The notes under the pieces were generated by a model. It saw only the letters and a list, made by a program, of their open reading frames with translations. It was not told the DNA's origin and made no database searches. A stretch of DNA of 64,000 nucleotides from positions 4,391 to 68,390 of IMG/VR virus record IMGVR_UViG_3300010413_000039; one strand, 5' to 3'. Position 1 is the first letter of the stretch. Each line of letters starts with the position of its first letter. The stretch is from a virus. Position numbers and translations under genes: made by a program. Positions 56,937 to 64,000 of this stretch are shown one piece after another.

Positions 56937-57266
56937 TTATGATAATTTATGTCCTAATTGTCCGCTATGCCTTAACATAACGGTTTTAACTGTCACTGTT
57001 CGAGGGTCTACGCATGCTATTACTACATTGCCATGTGACCCATTAATATGACAAACCTTGTCCAGTTTTTTAATTACTACCATAACCTGATCACGATCTG
57101 ATAATTTGGACAATTCTGGTCTGAATTTATTTATAATGTCCTCTACCTCAGAAACTGATGTAATTCCGACAAACCTGGTCTTAATTCTCTCTATTGCGTG
57201 ATTTGTCATCAGTTTGTTGGTTATAATTCGATCTTGCTCATGCCATCTTAATTTAGACATTTTCAC
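56937..57266 (-). CDS. hypothetical protein (possible RelE/DUF4258-like fold)
   Basis: MTNHAIERIKTR...TVKTVM. Confidence 0.5.
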   Translation of the reverse strand: MKMSKLRWHEQDRIITNKLMTNHAIERIKTRFVGITSVSEVEDIINKFRPELSKLSDRDQVMVVIKKLDKVCHINGSHGNVVIACVDPRTVTVKTVMLRHSGQLGHKLS

Positions 57267-57307
57267 TCCAATTGGTAGGATATCCCCCTAATATCCTACG
57301 ATTAATC

Positions 57308-58231
57308 CTAGTGTAAGTTTAGCACAAATGGTATATGATTAATTATATAATAAATATCATCCTCTACACTATCGCAAGCTGTAGGGAGGTGATTATAATC
57401 ACCCTCATTAATTCGGACAAATGCTGTCGGAATTGTCGGGATATTATTTTCATCGTAGATTAACTCACTGTCAAATATACTTCCGTGACTATATGTTAGA
57501 TGAAAATTTTCACCCCACAGGTGCATGTAATCACGAACATATTGAATCACCTTAGTATACCCGTAAAAAAGTACATCCTTTAAATACATGCTAGCCAAAA
57601 GCCATGCGATAAAATAGGATGTACTTGCCATCCCCCCAGCGGAATGAATTCGGACTATTTTCATCCGATTTACCTTGATTGTCTTAATAAGGGTCATGGC
57701 TTGCGCTAGGATATCATCCTTTAAGGATAGTATAATTTTCGTGTTATACATTCTTGCATGCCATGTGTCGGAGTATTGATTCTCTTCACCAGCACTATAG
57801 CAGTACCCGATTTTATCATCCCCACTACCAGTTAAGGTATTTTTTATTAATATTGTCCCCGTCCTATTTGGACTATTCTTGTCCATTTTAGCGTAGGCCT
57901 TGCATAGCCATGCGGCCGGACAAGTGTATCCACTGCTTAAGTTTATACTTGCCACTTGATACAGGTATTTAATTATAAAATTAATGTCTATATCACCTGA
58001 TTTTAATTCCCTTGCCATTTTAACGATTTTGTGATTGTGAGATATTTTTAGGGAATTAACCCTATTTAACCCGTCATTATTTTCTATCTCATTAATCAAT
58101 TCAGCATAAAGAACATTTAAACCACTACGGGTTAAATACTCTTTATTTTTATTTATATCTTTAGCGATTCTACTCTTTAATACGAGTATATCACTAGTTA
58201 AATTTTTATAAATAACATTTGATTTAGACAT
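57308..58231 (-). CDS. Gp88-like Cys-cluster protein
   Basis: NLSSGYTCPAAWLC...CYS...VRIHSAGG...FYGYTK, matching the phage gp88 family pattern. Confidence 0.7.
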   Translation of the reverse strand: MSKSNVIYKNLTSDILVLKSRIAKDINKNKEYLTRSGLNVLYAELINEIENNDGLNRVNSLKISHNHKIVKMARELKSGDIDINFIIKYLYQVASINLSSGYTCPAAWLCKAYAKMDKNSPNRTGTILIKNTLTGSGDDKIGYCYSAGEENQYSDTWHARMYNTKIILSLKDDILAQAMTLIKTIKVNRMKIVRIHSAGGMASTSYFIAWLLASMYLKDVLFYGYTKVIQYVRDYMHLWGENFHLTYSHGSIFDSELIYDENNIPTIPTAFVRINEGDYNHLPTACDSVEDDIYYIINHIPFVLNLH

Positions 58232-58287
58232 TATAACACCTCCATATAAGATACCGTAAGGATACCATGAAATACAAGACTCTGTCT

Positions 58288-58335
58288 GTTAAGAGACGGT
58301 TAAGGTATAGTTAAGATCATGTTAAGATATTTAAG
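58288..58335. repeat. five phased (G)TTAAG direct repeats
   Basis: gttaag agacg gttaag gtata gttaag atcat gttaag atat ttaag; 10-11 bp period. Confidence 0.75.
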
Positions 58336-58731
58336 GCTTATTCAGATAAATTAGACTAGCTTAGTCGGATATAAATTGTCTGAATTATGTATATATATGC
58401 ATAGATAATATGATAATCCAGGTCGGAATTGCCGGTATTAGAGTATTCACATATGCCGATATGTGTATATGCATATATTCGCATATGTGCATAAGTAATC
58501 GGATAATTCAGACCATTGTTGGGGGAATTGAGCTTGACCCCGGCCGACGAAGTGGGTCAGACGAAAATTTTTTTATAATTTTCAAATATCCCTTTTCCAT
58601 AGCAAATAAATTCATCTATCCCCACGCAGGTACACATGTATACTGGACTATTATGATCTTATTACTCCCCTACTGATCATACCAGTCGATATTTGCGATT
58701 CTCAGAAATAAGCCAGGACGGACACTATAAT

Positions 58732-58756
58732 AAAAAACCCCCCAAGCAGGGGGGTT
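58732..58756 (-). terminator. intrinsic terminator
   Basis: AACCCCC...GGGGGTTTTTT on the minus strand, right after the stop of 58755-59150. Confidence 0.75.
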
Positions 58757-59150
58757 AGTATCTTTTCTTTGCTATTTCAAGCCATTCTTTAAGTTCTGGT
58801 GGAAGATCACCGTATTCTTCTAAGATATACACCATTGATCTCACCATATTTTCATCATCAAGTTTCTTATCTTTCAGAACAGCGTTCTTTGCATATTCTA
58901 TTGTTTCTTTATAGAATCTCATCTTATCGTTTGGTAGTCCAACCCTATCATATATATAGAGAATATCGCTAAGGGTTTTCATATAAGTCATATCTGATGT
59001 TGTATCGTCTGCAAGAATATTCATAGCATAGATAATAATATACCTGTAATCTCTGAGCTTATCCCCCAATCCCTCAGCCATCATTTTACTTATTAGTTTT
59101 TCTAAAGCCACTTCTGAATTACTTGCCATAATATTTATCCGTTGGTTCAA
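58755..59150 (-). CDS. hypothetical protein
   Basis: Operon member. Confidence 0.6.
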   Translation of the reverse strand: MNQRINIMASNSEVALEKLISKMMAEGLGDKLRDYRYIIIYAMNILADDTTSDMTYMKTLSDILYIYDRVGLPNDKMRFYKETIEYAKNAVLKDKKLDDENMVRSMVYILEEYGDLPPELKEWLEIAKKRY

Positions 59151-59343
59151 AGTATATATGTGTAATAAATGGAGAAGTTACTATCTCCGAGAATTTCAGT
59201 AAACCTGATATGTTGATCAGTCTATCCAGCCTATCTGATGATTCCAGAGTAATGGTATAGTTACGTTCACTATTCATTCTTTCAAAGAACACTTCTGTGC
59301 CCCACTTATCACGTCTTACGGATACAGATACTATCTCATTCAT
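59119..59343 (-). CDS. hypothetical protein, distant member of paralog family A
   Basis: VFFER...ITLESSDRL...SPFITHIY. Confidence 0.55.
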   Translation of the reverse strand: MNEIVSVSVRRDKWGTEVFFERMNSERNYTITLESSDRLDRLINISGLLKFSEIVTSPFITHIYFEPTDKYYGK

Positions 59344-59346
59344 ATA

Positions 59347-59544
59347 TCAGTCACCTTTGTATCTTATTTCGAGTATCTTGTGGTAGGGTATTGCTACTGC
59401 AGTATTGTCTTCTTCGATAACGAGAAAACCAAACCTCTTTATTGATTCGAGCAGGTCAAGATAGGAACGAAAGTCATGTATATGTGCAAGAACATGTTCA
59501 ACCTGTTCGTTATTTACAGTGTAGCATACAGTTACTTTATCCAT
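59347..59544 (-). CDS. hypothetical protein
   Basis: Operon member. Confidence 0.55.
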   Translation of the reverse strand: MDKVTVCYTVNNEQVEHVLAHIHDFRSYLDLLESIKRFGFLVIEEDNTAVAIPYHKILEIRYKGD

Positions 59545-59747
59545 TAGAAAGGTATCCCGTAGTATCCTGCAGACAGCCTGAGAAAACCAAGCTGAATTAT
59601 AATTGATTTAGAATCTCTGTACCAGTTTATATCAAAGCCTAAAGAGAATGAGTGGTTGATCTCAAAGTCTGCAACCAGCGAAATCATATGATCATTCTTA
59701 AGGTAGAAATCCTTTGCTTTATAGAAGTATGTTTTAGAAAAAGTCAT
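59544..59747 (-). CDS. hypothetical protein
   Basis: Paralog of 59734-59934. Confidence 0.55.
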   Translation of the reverse strand: MTFSKTYFYKAKDFYLKNDHMISLVADFEINHSFSLGFDINWYRDSKSIIIQLGFLRLSAGYYGIPF

Positions 59748-59934
59748 TGGTATTATAAACTCCGACTGCTATATAGCATATCCCAAGATGAATAGAATAG
59801 GATTTTTGTTCAAAGTCCAAATCTATGCCGAAATTGATTGATTCCTTTGGAGAATAAGTTTGTATTGAAAACCAGTATTCTTTATAATCTCTAATCCAGC
59901 TTTTATAATATCTGTGATACCAGTTTAGTTTCAT
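59734..59934 (-). CDS. hypothetical protein
   Basis: Paralog of 59544-59747. Confidence 0.55.
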   Translation of the reverse strand: MKLNWYHRYYKSWIRDYKEYWFSIQTYSPKESINFGIDLDFEQKSYSIHLGICYIAVGVYNTNDFF

Positions 59935-59941
59935 TTATCGC

Positions 59942-60139
59942 CTACCATGCAGGACTTTCTGTAAATATTTCCGCAAGAGTTACCAACACTTCCTGATCTG
60001 TTGGTACTTTCTCTGCAACTGAGCCTCTATGACGCTCGAGGAATTTATCTTTCTCTTCATCTGTTGTTGCTATCCCAAAAAGGACAACATCAACAGTGTA
60101 GCGGTCTGATCTTATTTTATAAACTAACCAAACATCCAT
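59942..60139 (-). CDS. hypothetical protein
   Basis: Operon member. Confidence 0.55.
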   Translation of the reverse strand: MDVWLVYKIRSDRYTVDVVLFGIATTDEEKDKFLERHRGSVAEKVPTDQEVLVTLAEIFTESPAW

Positions 60140-60142
60140 AAT

Positions 60143-60346
60143 TTACCACCAGTAGTCATCATCATATAATTCATCATCATCCGTATCATCATCACATGCA
60201 TCAAACCAGCCTAATTTCCACTGGTTCTTACAGTCTGGATCACTTCTTTTATACGGATTTGCTGATAATCCTTTACCATCAAAATACGCCTCGTATCCTT
60301 CTGCATAACATCTTTCTAGTTGTGCGCTACTTGTCATCATAAACAA
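60143..60346 (-). CDS. ribosome modulation factor (Rmf)-like protein
   Basis: YAEGYEAYFDG....NPY......QWKLGWFDA matches the Rmf pattern GY.AG..G....CPY.....W..GW. Confidence 0.6.
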   Translation of the reverse strand: MFMMTSSAQLERCYAEGYEAYFDGKGLSANPYKRSDPDCKNQWKLGWFDACDDDTDDDELYDDDYWW

Positions 60347-60512
60347 ATTCCAGTATATACTCTAATTCTTCTATGGTTGCCTTTCTTCCAGTAGTGATCA
60401 TATAAACATTATTGATCTCTTCTAATGCACCAGCCATTACATCAAAAGCCTGATCACCAACAGTACCGCACTTCTCTTTTGTCACAGGATCATAAATTGT
60501 GAACCAGCCCAT
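60327..60512 (-). CDS. hypothetical protein
   Basis: GGAGGAG SD. Confidence 0.55.
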   Translation of the reverse strand: MGWFTIYDPVTKEKCGTVGDQAFDVMAGALEEINNVYMITTGRKATIEELEYILEFVYDDK

Positions 60513-60814
60513 TACTCCTCCCCAACCATTGGGTAGACGGTTATAGCAAGAATTCTTGAGGCTGGAATGAGAGTAAACTCAGTTACCGATATCATTTTAT
60601 TCTGTTCAACATCCCGTTTCAGGTTTCCAAGATCGGATAGAGGCATGTACTTTATTTCATGAAAAACACTATCTTGTGTATCATAAAAAGGTTCATAATA
60701 GATTGTTACTTCATATGTCTCCATATTAAATTCCTCGTGAAGTTTGAATAAGAAAAATAGTGTCAGTGCTGTTATTATTATCAGAAATATAACATCTAAC
60801 TTTGTTACCTTCAT
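60512..60814 (-). CDS. membrane-anchored hypothetical protein
   Basis: N-terminal TM. Confidence 0.5.
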   Translation of the reverse strand: MKVTKLDVIFLIIITALTLFFLFKLHEEFNMETYEVTIYYEPFYDTQDSVFHEIKYMPLSDLGNLKRDVEQNKMISVTEFTLIPASRILAITVYPMVGEE

Positions 60815-60889
60815 TGTCTTATTGCATATCCGATCATAGGCGATATGATAGCAAGCATTATAATCAGAAATAGGATCAGTGCCAGCAGG

Positions 60890-61096
60890 TTATTGGTCTG
60901 TGTTTTCTTCATAAAGACTCCAGTCGCATGATACGATCTCATCTTCCTGAACGACACATGGCATGTTATTCAGGTAAATAATGTGGGGGTCATTCTTCTC
61001 AAAGATGCTCATTATTCCAGCAAATATACTCATAATAACGAGCGTTGCCATGAGAGTTATAATAACATAAAGTATGAGTTTATCAGAACTGTTCAT
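60890..61096 (-). CDS. small membrane protein
   Basis: N-terminal TM; promoter at 61107-61135 (TTGACA-17-TATAAT). Confidence 0.55.
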   Translation of the reverse strand: MNSSDKLILYVIITLMATLVIMSIFAGIMSIFEKNDPHIIYLNNMPCVVQEDEIVSCDWSLYEENTDQ

Positions 61097-61261
61097 ATTG
61101 TCTACAATTATACCCTATCTATGGATTCCTGTCAAGTACCAATTTCTACCACAATCCACCTGTTGTACATTGTGCAAGAACGAATATAAGTATAAGGATA
61201 AAAAGAACCATTACAATGATTTGACCAGAATATCCAGAATATGGTTGATTTGATTTCTTAT

Positions 61262-61858
61262 TCATACTTCATCTAATCTCTCTAAGGCTATCTCGTATTT
61301 ACTCTTATCTATCTCTATTCCGATAAAGTTTACCCCGTTTTTCTTCATAACCACAGGAAGAGTACCAGTTCCCATCAAGGGATCAAGTACAACAGCGTCT
61401 TTATCATAGATAAATTTCAGGGCATATTCAGCCCAAGTCTCAGACTGTTCCCACCGATCATGTTTCTTTAATGGAGGTTTATTAACAAACCCATCAGTAA
61501 CAAACCCCCTCCCATTAACCCACTTTTCTTTTACCCACCATCCTATAGGTTTCCAGAGGACTTCAACCCCCATAGCCATCCTTGGGTGAGCACCGTCCAT
61601 CTGCCACATGCTTATGATCCATCTCCACTTAAGATACTGACCAACCTCCTGCATAACGCTTTCAAGCGCATAGTGGGGTATAATTGGCATAAAACTACCA
61701 CCAACCTTAAGTATCCTCTCAGCCTCTTCTGCTATGCGCCCATACAGGTACATATACTTCTTTGGGTATGGTGGATCAGTATAAATAAGGTCTATTGAAT
61801 GATCTGGAATCTGTTGCATAACTTCCAGACAGTTGCCATTAACGATAGTATTTATCAT
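61262..61858 (-). CDS. DNA N6-adenine/N4-cytosine methyltransferase (beta class)
   Basis: IDLIYTDPPY followed by VLDPLMGTGT...FIGIEID. Confidence 0.88.
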   Translation of the reverse strand: MINTIVNGNCLEVMQQIPDHSIDLIYTDPPYPKKYMYLYGRIAEEAERILKVGGSFMPIIPHYALESVMQEVGQYLKWRWIISMWQMDGAHPRMAMGVEVLWKPIGWWVKEKWVNGRGFVTDGFVNKPPLKKHDRWEQSETWAEYALKFIYDKDAVVLDPLMGTGTLPVVMKKNGVNFIGIEIDKSKYEIALERLDEV

Positions 61859-62372
61859 TTATCTCTACGCCTTCCCCTTTTCTATGCAAGTTCTCAGCAA
61901 CAGAAACAACAACACCAGAACCAGCAAAAGGATCAAACACACGATCCCCAACCTCTGTGTGATTAAGGATAAGTCTTTCAATCAAAGATGGTGGTTTCCT
62001 GTATGGATGACGTTTAGCATCATCAACAAGGTCTGTAAATACATTCGTGTACTGTGACCAGTGCCTATCATTATTCCAAGTACCATAACCATACACAAAG
62101 ATCATCTCCACAAACCTGCTGTACCTTTTTGATGTGTTTTTGGTACTGATCGGTTTCTGCCAGAACAAATACTGATCCGCAGGAAGTATCCACTGGTTCT
62201 CAGGAGGACTGAACACAATCACCCAATGCTTTGATATCCTCAGAAACTGCTCATGCAGAAACAACTTCTGCTCTTCTTTCAGATCATAAGGAACATCTGT
62301 CAGTATAAGGTCTGCATAATTATCTTCTACAGTCGGAAGATATTGGAAACTGTCTGCAATAGTGATTCCCAT
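61839..62372 (-). CDS. DNA N6-adenine/N4-cytosine methyltransferase (beta class)
   Basis: DLILTDVPY, HPYRKP, VFDPFAGSG, GVEI. Confidence 0.88.
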   Translation of the reverse strand: MGITIADSFQYLPTVEDNYADLILTDVPYDLKEEQKLFLHEQFLRISKHWVIVFSPPENQWILPADQYLFWQKPISTKNTSKRYSRFVEMIFVYGYGTWNNDRHWSQYTNVFTDLVDDAKRHPYRKPPSLIERLILNHTEVGDRVFDPFAGSGVVVSVAENLHRKGEGVEINDKYYR

Positions 62373-62743
62373 TTACTTTTCCTAGATTTCTCTTTTCCTA
62401 AATACCCATAGTGCACAGGCATAATATAGTGTTCCTGTCTCTCTATCGGAGTTATCATTATATCCATATGAATACCCCAATCATCTGTGATCAGATCACT
62501 GAAATCAACAACACATGGCAAACTCTCCTGCATAAGAAGAGTATATAACTTTTCCTTAACCATCATTATAAGATAATCATACGCCCACAGCCTGTATGCA
62601 TCGCACTCATACTTCGGTATCTGTACCGTTACTCTATGTGTTTTCATAAGTATACAAATGAATAAATATTGCACCAGCATTTTTTGCATGGCACAGGTAG
62701 TTATACAACATTTCCTTTTCTTCATTGTCTGGCATGCCATCAA
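62327..62743 (-). CDS. hypothetical protein (start probably ~62647)
   Basis: Operon member. Confidence 0.45.
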   Translation of the reverse strand: MMACQTMKKRKCCITTCAMQKMLVQYLFICILMKTHRVTVQIPKYECDAYRLWAYDYLIMMVKEKLYTLLMQESLPCVVDFSDLITDDWGIHMDIMITPIERQEHYIMPVHYGYLGKEKSRKSKWESLLQTVSNIFRL

Positions 62744-62876
62744 GCATAACTATTGCATGACTAATATTTCCAATATAATCGTCATGGAATAATAGGGAAA
62801 AAAATTCTAGATTCCTTATATAATCAAATAGTTTTTTATCATATATATGAACTGACGCTGTTATAAGATATCTCAT
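62634..62876 (-). CDS. hypothetical protein
   Basis: Operon member. Confidence 0.5.
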   Translation of the reverse strand: MRYLITASVHIYDKKLFDYIRNLEFFSLLFHDDYIGNISHAIVMLDGMPDNEEKEMLYNYLCHAKNAGAIFIHLYTYENT

Positions 62877-62878
62877 TA

Positions 62879-63193
62879 TTATTTCCCTTTATAATGATCG
62901 TGACATGGTTTCAGGCTGATGCCTTCCGTTGATCCAAATAAATAGAAATTAATCGTGTCCATATCTGCAGTGGACATGTTGTCTGCTGACATACTCTCGA
63001 AAAACATTTCATTCCACCTGTCATTGCGCTGTCTTGCAACGGATAGTGCCTGATCTATGTTCCATTGGTATAATTTCTTGAGCTTTCGATTGCTGAATTT
63101 AGTGATGATGGATTTATCAGGGCAGGGTATGGATATGTTTGGATATTTTGTTTTTAAAAGACCAGTCACGCAAGCTCCTCCCACACATCCCAC
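62879..63193 (-). CDS. hypothetical protein
   Basis: Operon member. Confidence 0.5.
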   Translation of the reverse strand: MGCVGGACVTGLLKTKYPNISIPCPDKSIITKFSNRKLKKLYQWNIDQALSVARQRNDRWNEMFFESMSADNMSTADMDTINFYLFGSTEGISLKPCHDHYKGK

Positions 63194-63417
63194 GCAAAAT
63201 TAATTTCTGCTGGTATAATAATACTACGTATGCAGTGCTCAGGGATTAGCTTAACCTCATCATTATTGTACGGGATATTGAGACCAAAAACCATTATGGT
63301 TTCAATCTGGTTCTTAATGCTTTCTAAGCTATCACCAGATAACTTTATATGGTGTGTTTGATAATACTCACCATCAGGATTGTCATTTACAACAACTACT
63401 TTTATTCTGCAGTCCAC
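63166..63417 (-). CDS. hypothetical protein
   Basis: Operon member. Confidence 0.55.
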   Translation of the reverse strand: MDCRIKVVVVNDNPDGEYYQTHHIKLSGDSLESIKNQIETIMVFGLNIPYNNDEVKLIPEHCIRSIIIPAEINFAWDVWEELA

Positions 63418-63605
63418 CAGTCTACCAACCTTTCCTCAGCATACTCTATAAATTCATCTATATTTTCATCATTGAATAGATGTTCCACATCATTCCAGAA
63501 TGGTAAGTTTTCCTGCTTTATACTCTCAGGGTCTTGGAAGTGCAGTACAAGCATAGCAACCTGCCCATCCGATAAATCACCAAATGATTTTATTTCTTTA
63601 CTCAC
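63402..63605 (-). CDS. hypothetical protein
   Basis: Operon member. Confidence 0.5.
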   Translation of the reverse strand: MSKEIKSFGDLSDGQVAMLVLHFQDPESIKQENLPFWNDVEHLFNDENIDEFIEYAEERLVDWWTAE

Positions 63606-63681
63606 TTATCTATCGCCTTAATTATCAAACCAGCTACAACTCCTATAATAACTCCAACTAAAAAACACGTTATATAAAATA

Positions 63682-63915
63682 TCATGATTTATCAAGCCCT
63701 TTCACTACAGCCTGTACTATAGTGAAGAAATAATACCAGCCCATACCAAATAGAGCAAGTGTAACCCCATCCCAAAATACACTTATTGGTTTAACATCTA
63801 TGATAAGTGCAAGAGCATAGTTTGATGTGAGGGTTATAAGACCAGCCAAGATTATAATCAAACATACAAAGGCTATAAGAAACATCACAAATCCGATAAA
63901 TACTGCTTTTTTCAC
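63682..63915 (-). CDS. small membrane protein
   Basis: Two TM segments. Confidence 0.55.
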   Translation of the reverse strand: MKKAVFIGFVMFLIAFVCLIIILAGLITLTSNYALALIIDVKPISVFWDGVTLALFGMGWYYFFTIVQAVVKGLDKS

Positions 63916-64000
63916 TCAGACACCTTCCTCTCATGCTCATTACACTCACATTCATGGTAGACCAGCATTCTATACCATCCTTTTAGGATAACCAGTATAA

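Noticed and set aside
1-64000. Stop-codon reassignment
   Set aside because: Long genes are intact in code 11, and TAA, TAG and TGA all terminate genes

Overview
This window is part of a tailed dsDNA phage genome (siphovirus-type, standard genetic code). 1-31.5 kb on the + strand is the virion and lysis arm: portal, prohead protease/scaffold, major capsid, head-tail proteins, tail tube, frameshifted tail chaperone, tape measure, tail tip/fibre, GH25 endolysin, holin and a 1410-aa His-rich repeat fibre. 31.5-64 kb on the - strand carries a Rad52/Sak annealing protein, a DnaB-like helicase, a Mom/DUF4338-like protein, a family A DNA polymerase, three DNA methyltransferases and dozens of small early genes, many with their own promoter. 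A YLPLI motif hints at a Chloroflexota host (inference). The most unusual region is a ~1.5 kb gene-free block at 51.0-52.6 kb. It has two promoters, three boxA-like elements, a tRNA whose anticodon loop is replaced by two GAU-anticodon-like hairpins, and a 390-nt tmRNA-shaped RNA without alanine identity. The early region also carries several dispersed DNA motif families. No terminase, integrase, reverse transcriptase or CRISPR array was seen. All protein family calls are from motif recognition by eye, not database searches.
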